In this document: piece after piece, positions 34,301 to 44,852 of the stretch
Layout: every line of letters begins with the position of its first letter
Position numbering within the stretch: the first letter of the stretch is position 1
Source of the DNA: Candidatus Latescibacterota bacterium
GTDB taxonomy: Bacteria > Latescibacterota > UBA2968
Direction: 5' to 3'
Assembly (NCBI GenBank): GCA_965204375.1
Contig: OZ241986.1
Location: 4,732,686-4,796,685, forward strand
Length of the DNA stretch: 64,000 bases
The notes under the pieces: generated by a model
Seen by the model: only the letters and a program-made list of their open reading frames with translations
Told to the model about the DNA's origin: nothing
The model's database searches: none
Made by a program: the position numbers and the translations under genes

Positions 34301-36730
34301 TCACTCATATCGCAGGGCATCAATCGGGTTGGATCGCGCTGCGCGAATGGCTTGCACGCTCACGGTTCCAAAGGCAATAATCAGTGCCATTATCGCGCTC
34401 ACGATAAATGGCAAGACATTTAAATCTGTCTGATAGGCAAACCCGGAGAGCCAGTCGCGCATCAGATAGTAGGCGATTGGCCAGGCGATGAGATTGGCAA
34501 GTAGAATGAGCAATATAAATTCGCGGGAGAGTAGCATCACCAGATGCGGTGTGGATGCGCCCAGTACCTTTCGCACACCAATTTCTTTGGTGCGAGATTG
34601 AACCATGAATGCGGCCAGTCCAAACAGTCCCAAACAGGCTACAAAAATTGCCAGTAGTGAAAATATCCCGAGTATTTTGCCGGTGAGTTGCTCGTTGAAA
34701 TAGTACCACTGTATGATTTCATCTAAAAAGTGATATGCAAAGGGTACCTCTGGCAAAAAGTGTTTCCACTGTGTTTCGAGAAATGACAGGGTTTGCGCGG
34801 TGTTTTCTGGTCGGATGCGCAGGGCCAGTGAAACAAACAGTCTCCATTTGCCTATAAATCCCATGGGGGCGATTTCTTCTCGTAGCGTCAAGCTGTGGTA
34901 GTCTTTTACAACGCCAATTACGATCAGGGATCGGTTTTCATAAGCTGGTAACAGAATCTGCTTGCCAATCGGGTCGTCCTCCCAGCCGAGCAGGCGCACG
35001 GCTGTTTCGTTCAAAATAATCGCCTGAGATGTGTCGCTGGCAACAGCGGCCGAAAAGACGCGACCGCGAAGTACGGGAATGTCAAATGTTTCAAAATATG
35101 AATCATCAACCTCGTTTATGCGAATTGTCCGTTCTTTTGTGCGGTCTCCATCGGGCCAGATCAGTCGTGGTCGTCCACCGTATCCAGAAATGTCGTATCT
35201 CAATGCCGATGCGCTGAGGATATTGGGGTGTTCGAGAAATACCTGTTTCACCGTCTGGTGGCGTGCCGAAAGGCGTTTTTGTGGGTCGAATTCATGCTCG
35301 CGATCATGAGCAAAGATCGGCAAACTCACAATGTGATCGCGTGCAAAACCCATATTTTTGGTTTCTATAAATCGCAGTTGCTGATAAACGATCAGGGTGC
35401 AGATCACCAGCAGGATGGACATGCCAAACTGAAAAACCACGAGTCCTTTCCGTAGCCCTGTGGAACCCGAGGAGGAAGACGCCCTACTTTTTAGCACTGT
35501 GACCGGACTAAAGGATGAGAGGAAAAATGCTGGATACCATCCCGCCAGCAGTCCGACCAACAATGTGAGTGCCAGTGCCGCCGGCGCACCTATTTTTACT
35601 GTATCCGCGTTGAGGTGTAAATCGCCGCGTACAAATTGGTTGAATAAGGGCAGGCATAACTCAACCAGTGCCAGTGCAATCAGCAAGGCTGCGCAGGTTA
35701 AAAGCAGGGATTCGCTCAAAAACTGAACCATCAATTGTGGACGATGCGCGCCAACCACTTTTCGCACGCCGACTTCGCGCTTGCGGGTGACAGCGCGAGC
35801 AGTTGCCAGATTTGTAAAGTTCACGCATGCAATGACCACTACGATCAGCCCGATAGCCACCAGTATGTAAATTTGTTGTATGGGGCTGTTGGCAGTCGGG
35901 TTAAAATCGGATTCGCCATACAGATACACGCGGTGCAAAGGCTGTAAATGGTAGGTATTTTTTTTTGCAACGTCGTCCCCCATGTACTGCTTGATCAGCA
36001 TCTGCATTTTTGCCTGTAGGGTTTCTGCGGTTTGTCCTGTTTTTAATAGTACAAAGGTTTTTACAGGCCGCCAGGATTGCCTGGGTAGCCACATCATCCA
36101 CGGCTCTTGTGTTTTTCCTACGGAAGGTACTGTGGTTGTGAGCAAATGAAATTGAAGGTCTGATAAAAGGTGTGGCGCCTTGACTATGCCAGTAACTGTG
36201 TACTCGCCCGGAAAATTGCGATTGTCGATTGAAACTGTTTTGCCCATTGGGTCAATATCGCCAAATAGCTGTTGTGCCATGTCATCGGTAATGACCGCAG
36301 AGTACGGCAGGCGAAACGCGGTCTCTAAGTCGCCTTTTATGAGGGGAAAATCAAATACATCCAAAAAGTTGTCATCTACCAGTGCCAGGGTATATAGATT
36401 CTTGTGGTCGCCATATTTTGCAGATACACCCCATCGCCAGATACGCACCGTTGTTTCTACTTCGGGAAATGTTTCTTCCAACACGGGACCGAGTGCGCCT
36501 GATGTACCTTCTTCATAAGTTGTTTGCGTACTGCCGCGTTCTTCTCGAATTACTTTGTAAATGCGGTCGCCCAGTGTGTGGGAGCGATCTACTGAAAACT
36601 CCTGCTGGATATACAACAGGATCAAGATGCCACACGCCAGCCCAATGGCAAGTCCCAATACATTGATGGACGTGTACAATTTGTGCCGCATCAGATTGCG
36701 GATCGCTACTGTCAGGTAATTTTTGATCAT
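34301..36730 (-). CDS. MacB/FtsX-type ABC transporter permease, internally duplicated (subfamily A)
   Basis: 809 aa. Near-identical N-terminus to 17936-20362 (MIKNYLTVAIRNLMRHKLYTSINVLGLAIGLACGILILLYIQQEF). Both FtsX modules are present. Confidence 0.85.
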   Translation of the reverse strand: MIKNYLTVAIRNLMRHKLYTSINVLGLAIGLACGILILLYIQQEFSVDRSHTLGDRIYKVIREERGSTQTTYEEGTSGALGPVLEETFPEVETTVRIWRWGVSAKYGDHKNLYTLALVDDNFLDVFDFPLIKGDLETAFRLPYSAVITDDMAQQLFGDIDPMGKTVSIDNRNFPGEYTVTGIVKAPHLLSDLQFHLLTTTVPSVGKTQEPWMMWLPRQSWRPVKTFVLLKTGQTAETLQAKMQMLIKQYMGDDVAKKNTYHLQPLHRVYLYGESDFNPTANSPIQQIYILVAIGLIVVVIACVNFTNLATARAVTRKREVGVRKVVGAHRPQLMVQFLSESLLLTCAALLIALALVELCLPLFNQFVRGDLHLNADTVKIGAPAALALTLLVGLLAGWYPAFFLSSFSPVTVLKSRASSSSGSTGLRKGLVVFQFGMSILLVICTLIVYQQLRFIETKNMGFARDHIVSLPIFAHDREHEFDPQKRLSARHQTVKQVFLEHPNILSASALRYDISGYGGRPRLIWPDGDRTKERTIRINEVDDSYFETFDIPVLRGRVFSAAVASDTSQAIILNETAVRLLGWEDDPIGKQILLPAYENRSLIVIGVVKDYHSLTLREEIAPMGFIGKWRLFVSLALRIRPENTAQTLSFLETQWKHFLPEVPFAYHFLDEIIQWYYFNEQLTGKILGIFSLLAIFVACLGLFGLAAFMVQSRTKEIGVRKVLGASTPHLVMLLSREFILLILLANLIAWPIAYYLMRDWLSGFAYQTDLNVLPFIVSAIMALIIAFGTVSVQAIRAARSNPIDALRYE

Positions 36731-36752
36731 GAGAATTTCCTCTTATTGTTCT

Positions 36753-39104
36753 CTACTCATCTCGCAACGCGTCCGCCGGGTTTGCGCGGGCTGCTTTGAG
36801 GGCTTGGGCGGTGACGGTTGTGAGCACGACGAGGAACATGGCGACGCTGCCGAGTAAGAATGCGCCAATACCCAACTCAGTGCGATAGGCGAAGGTTTGT
36901 AGCCATTGATTGGTGGCGTAATAGGCGATGGGGAATGCGATGAGGCTTGATAGGGCGATGTAGAGGACGAATTCCCGCGAGAGCAGGGATAGGATTTGGG
37001 ATTGCGATGCGCCCAGGACTTTCCGAATGCCGATTTCTTTGGTGCGTCTGGTTGTGGCGAGTGCAGCGAGTCCGAATGCGCCGAGTGCGGCGATGAAGAT
37101 GGCGAATCCTGTGGCGTATTGGATCATTTGGTTCCAGCGTTCTTCTTTTTTGTATTGTTTGTCTAAGTCTTCATCGATGAATGAGAAGTTGAATGCGTGG
37201 TTGGGTGCAACTTTTTCCCACTGTTCTTTGATAAATGCGATGGTGCCGGGTACATTTTCGGGGTGAATGCGGACCAATAAGCGTCCAGTGGCTGTGCTAA
37301 GTGGCAGGACAGCGGGCGCAACTTTATGATGCAGGGAGCGGAAATGGAAATTTTGAACAACGCCGATGATGGTTCTGTTTTGTGAGCCGCCGTATTTGAT
37401 TGTTTTGCCGATCGGGTCTTCTATGCCGAATTTTTTGACGAGTGCTTCATTGACAATGACAGCTTCCTTTTGATCGGTTGGAAATTCTCTGTTGTATTCT
37501 CGACCTGCGATGAATTTCATACCGAGCGTTTTGAACAGGTCGTAGTCGATACCAATACCTTCAACGGGTTGTTCTGGACTTCCCTGATATGTTACGTAGG
37601 TTGACATACTCATGTCGTTGTTTAGACGGTGGTTAAGCCAGGTTGTGCTGATCACGGCATGGTGAGACAGCAGGGCATCCCGAAAAACTGTTTCTGTGGT
37701 TTTGTTTTCTTTTTTTAGATCACTGGTCCAAATGGCGACGACGTGTTCGGTTTGATATCCCAGGGGTTGGGTTCGCAAAAAGGTGAGCTGTTTGCCCATC
37801 ATCAGGGTGGTGATGATGAAGAATATGGATAGGGCAAACTGAAAGATGATCAATACGTTGCCAAAACGATTGCCCGTTTTGATTTGCAATCTGCTCGCGA
37901 TGATTTGGGTCGGTTGCAGTCGGGATAGGATAAGGGCGGGATACCCCCCTGCTGTGATGCCGACGAGGCCGACAAGCAGGAGGAGAAAGGCGAGTGTTGT
38001 GGTGTTGAGACCGTCGGCTAGAGATAGGGATTTCCCGGATAGGTTATTGAATGTGGGTAAGGTGAGTTCTGCGATGGCAATGCCGGCGATGAGTGCGATG
38101 GTGATGAGTAAGAGCGATTCGCCGATAAATTGGTTTGCGATTTGCAGGCGTTTTGCGCCGACGACTTTTCTCAAGCCGACTTCTCGCGCCCGGGTTGCCT
38201 GCCGTCCGAGGGTTAAGGTTGTGAAGTTGACGCAGGCGATAAATAATACGAGGATTGCGATGCCCGATAAGATGTATGAGTAAATTGGATTACTGCGGCG
38301 GCTTACATGCATGGTCTGATCGAAGTGCATCTGGGTGAGTGGTTGAAGTTTGATCAGGTTTTCGCTCTTTTCGTCCCACCAGTTTTTGGTCCATTTGGGA
38401 AATTGTTGTTCGAGACTGTTGGGGTGTACATTTGGGGGGAGCATCATGAAAGTAAATATGCTGTAGTAATTCCATCTGTCTTCGACCTTGCTTTGTTCAA
38501 AGGGTAGTAGTACGTCAAATTGAATTGTGGAGTTTTTGGGCGCGTTTTGCACAATGCCCGTGATGGTGTAATCCTGGATTTCATTTTTGTATTCAATGGG
38601 AAGTATTGCTCCGACTGGATTGACATTGTTGAAATATTTCTGAGCAGTTTTTTCTGTTATGAGTGCGGAGTATTTGTCTTGAAGGGCATGGGATGGATCG
38701 CCCTGAAGGATTGGAAAAGAAAAAATGTCGAGGAAGTTGGGATCGGTAAATCCCAGCTTCGCTCGAAAAGCGCGATTTTTTGTTCCAATTTTCCCCGTGC
38801 GAGACGCGAAACGAACCGTCTGCATGTCGGGAAAGGCTTCTGTTAATGCAGGTCCAAGAGGGCCGGGTGTTACACCGTGAACGCGCTCGCCTCGCCCTTT
38901 TATATAAACCCGATAGATGCGGTCGGCATTTTCGTGGAAGGTGTCGTAGGTCCATTCGTTATGGACAAAGAGAAAGGTGAGGATGCAAAAGGCGAGGGCG
39001 ATGGATAGGCCGATGATGTTGATGGCCGAGTACACACGGTGTCTGGCGAGGTTGCGGATCGCCGTTTTCAGATAGCTACTGAATAAAGATATTTCAGTGA
39101 ACAT
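36753..39104 (-). CDS. MacB/FtsX-type ABC transporter permease, internally duplicated (subfamily B)
   Basis: 783 aa. MFTEISLFSSYLKTAIRNLARHR. CVNFTTLTLGRQATRAREVGLRKVVGA and ALGAFGLAALATTRRTKEIGIRKVLGAS. C-terminus NPADALRDE. Confidence 0.85.
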   Translation of the reverse strand: MFTEISLFSSYLKTAIRNLARHRVYSAINIIGLSIALAFCILTFLFVHNEWTYDTFHENADRIYRVYIKGRGERVHGVTPGPLGPALTEAFPDMQTVRFASRTGKIGTKNRAFRAKLGFTDPNFLDIFSFPILQGDPSHALQDKYSALITEKTAQKYFNNVNPVGAILPIEYKNEIQDYTITGIVQNAPKNSTIQFDVLLPFEQSKVEDRWNYYSIFTFMMLPPNVHPNSLEQQFPKWTKNWWDEKSENLIKLQPLTQMHFDQTMHVSRRSNPIYSYILSGIAILVLFIACVNFTTLTLGRQATRAREVGLRKVVGAKRLQIANQFIGESLLLITIALIAGIAIAELTLPTFNNLSGKSLSLADGLNTTTLAFLLLLVGLVGITAGGYPALILSRLQPTQIIASRLQIKTGNRFGNVLIIFQFALSIFFIITTLMMGKQLTFLRTQPLGYQTEHVVAIWTSDLKKENKTTETVFRDALLSHHAVISTTWLNHRLNNDMSMSTYVTYQGSPEQPVEGIGIDYDLFKTLGMKFIAGREYNREFPTDQKEAVIVNEALVKKFGIEDPIGKTIKYGGSQNRTIIGVVQNFHFRSLHHKVAPAVLPLSTATGRLLVRIHPENVPGTIAFIKEQWEKVAPNHAFNFSFIDEDLDKQYKKEERWNQMIQYATGFAIFIAALGAFGLAALATTRRTKEIGIRKVLGASQSQILSLLSREFVLYIALSSLIAFPIAYYATNQWLQTFAYRTELGIGAFLLGSVAMFLVVLTTVTAQALKAARANPADALRDE

Positions 39105-39128
39105 TGGTTTCTCCTGTGCGGGATTGAT

Positions 39129-41558
39129 TTACTCATATCGCAAGGCATCAATTGGATTGGATCGCGCTGCGCGAATGGCCTGCATGCTCACGGTTCCAAA
39201 GGCGATGATCAGTGCCATTATTGCGCTTGCGACAAATGGCAAGACATTCAGGTTTGTCTGATAGGCAAATCCAGAGAGCCAGTCGCGCATGAGATAGTAG
39301 GCGATTGGCCAGGCGATGAGATTGGCAAGCAGGATGAGCAACATAAATTCGCGCGAGAGCAGCATGACCAGATGCGGTGTGGATGCGCCCAGTACTTTCC
39401 GGATACCAATTTCTTTGGTGCGGGATTGAACCATGAACGCAGCCAGTCCGAACAGTCCCAAACACGCTACAAAAATTGCCAGTAGTGAAAATATCCCGAG
39501 CATTTTGCCGGTGAGTTGCTCGTTGAAATAGATCCAATCTATGATTTCGTCCAAAAAATGATATTCAAAGGGTGCGTCCGGCACAAAGCGTTTCCACTGC
39601 GTTTCGAGAAAGGACAGGGTTTGCGCGGTGTTTTCTGGTCGGATGCGCAGGGCCAGCGAATAAAGCAGTCTCCAACGGGCTACAAATCCCATGGGTGCGA
39701 TTTCTTCCCGTAGCGATAAACTGTGGTAGTCTTTTACAACGCCAATTACGGTCAGGGTTTGGTTTGGAAATGCCGGAGACTCGATCTGTTTGCCAATCGG
39801 GTCGTCCTCCCAACCGAGCAGGCGCACGGCTGTTTCGTTCAAAATAATTGCTTGAGATGTATCGCTGGCAACATCGGCTGAAAAGGCGCGACCGCGAAGT
39901 ACGGGGATTTCAAATGTTTCAAAGAATGAGTCGTCAACTTCGTTTATGCGAAATGTTCGTTCTTTTGTGCGGTCCCCATCGGGCCAGATTAAGCGCGGTC
40001 GTCCTCCGTATCCCGCGATGTCGTATCTCAGTGCCGACGCGCTGAGGATATTGGGGTGTTCGAGAAATGCCTGTTTGACCATCTGGTGGCGTGCTGAAAG
40101 ACGCATTTGTGGGTTGGGTTCCTTCTGAAAATCGCGCAAAAAGATCCGCAACATCACAATATGATCGCGTGCAAAACCCATGTCTTTGGTTTCCATAAAT
40201 CGCAGTTGCTGATAAACTATCAGGGTGGAGATCACCAGCAAGATGGACATGCCAAACTGAAAAACCACGAGTCCTTTCTTCAGTCCTGTGGAACCCGAGG
40301 AGGAAGACGCGCTGCTTTTTAATGCAGTCACCGGGCGAAAAGAGGAGAGGAAAAACGCCGGATACCATCCCGCCAGTAGTCCGACCAATAACGTTAATGC
40401 CAGTACCGCTGGCGCACCTGCCAGTACTGTAGTTGCGTTGAAGTGTAAATCGCCGCGCACAAATTGGTTGAATAAGGGCAGGAATAACTCGACCAGTGCA
40501 AGGGCAATCAGCAGGGCGGCACTGGTTAAAAGCAGGGATTCGCTCAAGAACTGGACCATCAGTTGCGGGCGATGCGCGCCAACGACTTTTCGCACGCCCA
40601 CTTCGCGCTGGCGGGTGACAGCCCGTGCCGTTGCCAGATTTGTAAAATTCACGCAGGCAATGATTACCAGGATCAGTCCGATAGCCGCCAGCATGTAAAT
40701 TTTTTGAATAGGGGTATTGGTAGTCGGGTTAAAATCGGATTCGCCATACAGGTACACGCGGTGCAGGGGCTGTAGATGGTAGGCGTTTTTTTTTGCTACT
40801 TCATCCCCCATATACTGCTTGATCAACGACTGCATTTTTGTCTGTAGGGTTTCTGGATTTTGTCCTGCTTTTAATAGCACATAGGTGTTTACCGGACGCC
40901 AGGATTGCGTGGGTCGCCATAGTGTCCACACCTCTTGCGTTTCTTCTACGGGGGGTATTGTGGTTGAGAGTATTTCAAAATAAAGATTGGATGAGCGGGG
41001 TGGTGCTTTTACGAGGCCAGTTACTGTGTACTCACCTGGAAAACTGATGTTGTCGATTGAAAATGTTCGGCCCATTGGGTCAATATCGCCAAATAAGTGT
41101 TGTGCCATGTCGTCGGTAATGACCACAGAGTAGGGCGTGCGAAACGCAGTTTCTGGATCGCCTTTTATGAAGGGAAAATCAAATACGTTCAGAAAGTTGT
41201 TATCTACCAGCGCAAAAGCATATTGACCCGTGCGTTCGCCGTATTGTGCAGATACGCCCCATCGCCAGATGCGCACCGTTGTTTCTACTTCGGGAAATGT
41301 TTCTTTTAGTACAGGTCCGAGCGTCCCTGAAGTTCCGCTGCCATAAGTTGTTTGTGTACTGCTGCGTTCTTCTCGAATCACTTTGTAAATGCGGTCGCCC
41401 AGGGTGTGGGAGCGGTTTACTGCAAATTCCTGTTGGATGTACAACAGGATCAAAATGCCACACGCCAGGCCGATGGCAAGCCCCAGTACATTGATTGAGG
41501 TGTACAATTTGTGCCGCATCAGATTGCGAATCGCGACAACAAAATAATTTTTGATCAT
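39129..41558 (-). CDS. MacB/FtsX-type ABC transporter permease, internally duplicated (subfamily A)
   Basis: Start at MIKNYFVVAIRNLMRHKLY (ATG 41558). Both FtsX modules are present. C-terminus NPIDALRYE. Confidence 0.85.
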   Translation of the reverse strand: MIKNYFVVAIRNLMRHKLYTSINVLGLAIGLACGILILLYIQQEFAVNRSHTLGDRIYKVIREERSSTQTTYGSGTSGTLGPVLKETFPEVETTVRIWRWGVSAQYGERTGQYAFALVDNNFLNVFDFPFIKGDPETAFRTPYSVVITDDMAQHLFGDIDPMGRTFSIDNISFPGEYTVTGLVKAPPRSSNLYFEILSTTIPPVEETQEVWTLWRPTQSWRPVNTYVLLKAGQNPETLQTKMQSLIKQYMGDEVAKKNAYHLQPLHRVYLYGESDFNPTTNTPIQKIYMLAAIGLILVIIACVNFTNLATARAVTRQREVGVRKVVGAHRPQLMVQFLSESLLLTSAALLIALALVELFLPLFNQFVRGDLHFNATTVLAGAPAVLALTLLVGLLAGWYPAFFLSSFRPVTALKSSASSSSGSTGLKKGLVVFQFGMSILLVISTLIVYQQLRFMETKDMGFARDHIVMLRIFLRDFQKEPNPQMRLSARHQMVKQAFLEHPNILSASALRYDIAGYGGRPRLIWPDGDRTKERTFRINEVDDSFFETFEIPVLRGRAFSADVASDTSQAIILNETAVRLLGWEDDPIGKQIESPAFPNQTLTVIGVVKDYHSLSLREEIAPMGFVARWRLLYSLALRIRPENTAQTLSFLETQWKRFVPDAPFEYHFLDEIIDWIYFNEQLTGKMLGIFSLLAIFVACLGLFGLAAFMVQSRTKEIGIRKVLGASTPHLVMLLSREFMLLILLANLIAWPIAYYLMRDWLSGFAYQTNLNVLPFVASAIMALIIAFGTVSMQAIRAARSNPIDALRYE

Positions 41559-41642
41559 GATATTCCCCTGTTCCGTCCAGTTATTTCGCAGCAAGAAGTC
41601 AGCCATTCATCATTCAGGTAGAGTGGACGTATGAAAATAGTA

Positions 41643-41658
41643 AGCAATTTTTGTGCCA
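41643..41658 (-). promoter_or_regulatory. sigma-54 promoter (-24/-12)
   Basis: Minus strand TGGCACAAAAATTGCT, 84 nt upstream of ATG 41558. Confidence 0.8.
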
Positions 41659-41722
41659 AAAGGATCTTTTCTATGTTTTACAAGGGGTTATGAAAATTTG
41701 TGCTCTGAATACAGTTTAATAA

Positions 41723-41761
41723 GTGTCCGATTTTGATACAGTAGTGTCCGAAAATGAACAC
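41723..41761 (-). promoter_or_regulatory. 39-bp two-site upstream activating sequence, copy 3
   Basis: Identical 39-mer, 64 nt upstream of the -24 element. Confidence 0.7.
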
Positions 41762-41852
41762 TCTCTATATGCTAAAAACCTTGAAATCTTCATATAAATA
41801 TGGTAAATTTGCCATAAATTGAGGGAAGGTACAATTTTGATGGAGACCTAAA

Positions 41853-42182
41853 ATGAATGAAAAAGTCAAATTTGAGCAAAGCTCTGGAAATGTATTTCGG
41901 GACATCGGGTTCTCAGAATCAGAGGCTGAACGTGAGTTGCTGAAGGCAGATCTCGCATTTGAAATCTATAGTATTCTTGAAGGGCGGAAGCTGACGCAGG
42001 CAAAAGCGGGGGAAATTCTTGGGATCAATCAGTCCGACGTATCCCGGCTAAAGAACGGCGATTTTAGCCGTTTTAGTGTAGAGAGACTGTTTGGGTTTCT
42101 GAATCGGCTGAACCGCAATATCGAGATTCGCATTACGCATTCGGAAGATAGAGGCGGTCATCAGCGGGTCGTTGCTGTTTAG
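41853..42182 (+). CDS. XRE-family HTH protein (antitoxin-like, no adjacent toxin)
   Basis: 109 aa. SSGNVFRDIGFSESEAERELLKADLAFEI...KLTQAKAGEILGINQSDVSRLKNGDFSRFSVERL is the pattern of small XRE antitoxins that usually follow a RelE/ParE-type toxin. Only about 90 nt of non-coding DNA lies upstream. Confidence 0.6.
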   Translation: MNEKVKFEQSSGNVFRDIGFSESEAERELLKADLAFEIYSILEGRKLTQAKAGEILGINQSDVSRLKNGDFSRFSVERLFGFLNRLNRNIEIRITHSEDRGGHQRVVAV

Positions 42183-42192
42183 CGCCATCACC

Positions 42193-44529
42193 TCACTCAT
42201 CTCTCAACGCATCCGCCGGGTTTGCGCGTGCGGCTTTGAAGGCTTGGGTGGTGACGGTTGTGAGTACGACGAGGAACATCGCTACGCTGCCGAGTAAGAA
42301 TGCGTCCACTCCCAATTCAGTGCGGTAGGCGAATATTTGCAACCATTGATTGGTCGCGTAATAGGCGATGGGGAATGCGATGAGGCTTGATAGGGCGATG
42401 TAGAGGACAAATTCTCGTGAGAGCAGAGATAGGATTTGCGCCTGGGATGCGCCTAAGACTTTGCGAATGCCGATTTCTTTGGTGCGTCGTGCGACAGCTA
42501 ATGCCGCCAGTCCGAATGCGCCGAGTGCGGCGATGAAGATGGCGAATCCCGTGGCGTATTGGATCATCTGGTTCCAGCGTTCTTCTTTTTTGTATTGTTT
42601 GTCTAAGTGTTCATCGATGAATGAGAAGTTGAATGTCTGGTTGGGGGCGACTTCTGCCCATTTTTCTTTTATAAATGCGATGGTGCCCGGCACGTTTTCG
42701 GGGTGAATGCGAACCAACAAGCGTCCAGTGTATATACCGAGTGGCAGGACAGCGGGTGCAATTTTGTGATGCAGGGAGTTAAAATGGAAATCGCGGACAA
42801 CACCGATGATGGTTTTGTCTCGTCCATGTTTGATTGTTTTGCCAACGGGATCTTCTATGCTGAATTTTTGGACGAGTGCCTCGTTGACAAGGATTGATTC
42901 TTTGGCATCTGTTGGAAATTCTCTGTCGTATTCTCGACCTGCAACCAACTTTATGCCGAGTGTTTTGAATAGGTCGTAATCAATGCGGATGTTCTCAACG
43001 TATTGCTTTGGACTTCCTTCATAAGTTACATCAGCCCGGGAACTCATGGTGCTGCTTAGATAATGATTGAGCCAGGTCGTGCTGATCACTGAGGGATGTG
43101 ACAGCAGTTCATCCCGAAAAACGTTTGGCAGGGTTTTGTTTTCTCTTTGCAATGCACGGGTCTGAATAGCGACGACGTGTTCGGTTTGATACCCCAGGGG
43201 TTTGGTTCGCAAAAAGGTGAGTTGTTGGGCCATCATCAGGGTGGTGATGATGAAGAATATGGATAGGGCAAACTGAAAAATGACCAGTATTTTGCCAAAA
43301 CGATTGCCCGTTTTAATTTGCAATCTGCTCGCGATGATTTGGGTTGGCTGTAGGCGGGATAGGATAAAGGCGGGATACCCCCCTGCTGTGATGCCCACGA
43401 TGGTGACGAGAAGAATGAGAAAGGCGAGTGTTGTAAGATTGAGGCCGTCGCTCAGGGATAGGGATTTTCCGGCCAGATTGTTGAATGTTGGCAATGTGAG
43501 TTCTGCTATGGCAATGCCAACGATGAGCGCGATGAGGATGAGTAAGAGCGATTCGCCGATAAATTGGTTTGCGATCTGCATGCGCCCTGCGCCGACGACT
43601 TTTCGCAAGCCGACTTCTCGCGCCCGCGTTGCCTGTCGTCCGAGGGTTAAGGTGATGAAGTTGACACAGGCGATAAATAGCACGAGGATAGCAATGCCCG
43701 ATAGAATGTATGAATAAACTGGATTACTGCTATTACGCACCCCCATATTTTGAGCAAAATGCATTTGGGTGATGGGTAGAAGTTTGAGTTGGTTTTCGCT
43801 CTTTTCACCCCACCAGATTTTGGTCAATCTGGGAAATTGCTGTTCGACACTATTTGGAGATACATTTTGGGGGAGCATCATATACGTAGCCAGATAGTAT
43901 ATATTCCATTGGTTTTTGACTTGGACCCAGGAGGCCCGTTCAAATGGCAGTAGTGCGTCAAATTGAATTGTGGAATTTTTGGGTACGTTTTTTACAATGC
44001 CCGTGATGGTGTAGTTTTGAATTTCCTCTCCGCGCTGAATTGGAAGCACTTCTCCAACCGGGTTGGCGTTGTTGAAATACTTCTGCGCGGTTTTTTCTGT
44101 TATGATTACAGAATACTTGTCCTGGAGTGCTTGAGTGAAATCGCCGTGAATGACTGAGAAAGAAAAAATGTCGAGGAAGTTGGAATCGACAAACCCCAAA
44201 TTCGCTTGAAAAGCGCGATCTTGTGTACCAATTTTACCCCCGCTACCTCTGAAACGAACCGTCTGCATTGCGGGGAATGCTTCTGTTAATGCGGGTCCGA
44301 GGGGATCTGGTGTTATACCAGAAACCCGATAGATGCGGTCGGCGTTTTTGTGAAAGGTGTCGTAGGTCCATTCGTTGTAGGTAAAGAGGTAGGTGAGGAT
44401 GCAGAAGGCGAGGCCAATGGCAATGCCGATGATGTTAATGGCAGAGTAGATGCGGTGTCTGGCGAGGTTGCGGATCGCTGTTTTCAGGTAGCTACTGAAT
44501 AAAGATATTTTAGCACCTGCTTTGAACAT
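42193..44529 (-). CDS. MacB/FtsX-type ABC transporter permease, internally duplicated (subfamily B)
   Basis: Start at MFKAGAKISLFSSYLKTAIRNLARHR (ATG 44529, GGAGG upstream). Both FtsX modules are present. C-terminus NPADALRDE. Confidence 0.85.
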   Translation of the reverse strand: MFKAGAKISLFSSYLKTAIRNLARHRIYSAINIIGIAIGLAFCILTYLFTYNEWTYDTFHKNADRIYRVSGITPDPLGPALTEAFPAMQTVRFRGSGGKIGTQDRAFQANLGFVDSNFLDIFSFSVIHGDFTQALQDKYSVIITEKTAQKYFNNANPVGEVLPIQRGEEIQNYTITGIVKNVPKNSTIQFDALLPFERASWVQVKNQWNIYYLATYMMLPQNVSPNSVEQQFPRLTKIWWGEKSENQLKLLPITQMHFAQNMGVRNSSNPVYSYILSGIAILVLFIACVNFITLTLGRQATRAREVGLRKVVGAGRMQIANQFIGESLLLILIALIVGIAIAELTLPTFNNLAGKSLSLSDGLNLTTLAFLILLVTIVGITAGGYPAFILSRLQPTQIIASRLQIKTGNRFGKILVIFQFALSIFFIITTLMMAQQLTFLRTKPLGYQTEHVVAIQTRALQRENKTLPNVFRDELLSHPSVISTTWLNHYLSSTMSSRADVTYEGSPKQYVENIRIDYDLFKTLGIKLVAGREYDREFPTDAKESILVNEALVQKFSIEDPVGKTIKHGRDKTIIGVVRDFHFNSLHHKIAPAVLPLGIYTGRLLVRIHPENVPGTIAFIKEKWAEVAPNQTFNFSFIDEHLDKQYKKEERWNQMIQYATGFAIFIAALGAFGLAALAVARRTKEIGIRKVLGASQAQILSLLSREFVLYIALSSLIAFPIAYYATNQWLQIFAYRTELGVDAFLLGSVAMFLVVLTTVTTQAFKAARANPADALRDE

Positions 44530-44612
44530 TTTACACCTCCTATAAATACAGAATTGCAAAACCACTGGAAATTCACGATATTTAAAATTATATCGTCTTC
44601 TAAACTCCAACT

Positions 44613-44852
44613 ATGAGAGATAAAATGCACAAAATCTCCCTAACAGAAGCAGAAACCTGCCTTGCTGAACTGGTTAAAGAAGCGACAAGTGGCGAAGAAG
44701 TCATTATTACTCAGACAGATGGCTCTGTAGTTAAGCTTGTGGCAGTCTCGTCCAAACAACCAGTTCCAAAATTCGGCAGTGCAAAAGGGCTTGTTAAAAT
44801 GTCAGATGATTTTGACGAACCTCTTGAAGATTTCGAGGATTATGCCCTGTGA
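44613..44852 (+). CDS. small antitoxin-type protein (Phd/YefM-like or VapB-like)
   Basis: 79 aa. ISLTEAETCLAELVKEATSGEEVIITQ followed by an acidic tail FGSAKGLVKMSDDFDEPLEDFEDY. GTGA overlap with the downstream PIN gene. The start could instead be ATG 44625. Confidence 0.55.
   Translation: MRDKMHKISLTEAETCLAELVKEATSGEEVIITQTDGSVVKLVAVSSKQPVPKFGSAKGLVKMSDDFDEPLEDFEDYAL

Noticed and set aside
37846-38283. A 145-aa plus-strand ORF that is conserved with 43280-43717 (and partly with 48787-49062)
   Set aside because: The conservation is explained by their position opposite the same conserved FtsX module of subfamily-B permease paralogs. There is no independent RBS or motif. Similar antisense ORFs recur opposite every paralog (for example 14844-15422 and 40288-40698).
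44530-44612. Possible sigma-54 promoter upstream of permease 42193-44529 (TGGTTTTGCAATTC)
   Set aside because: The GG and GC are only 4 nt apart instead of 10, and no UAS is present. This unit probably uses a different (sigma-70-type) promoter that I could not define with confidence.
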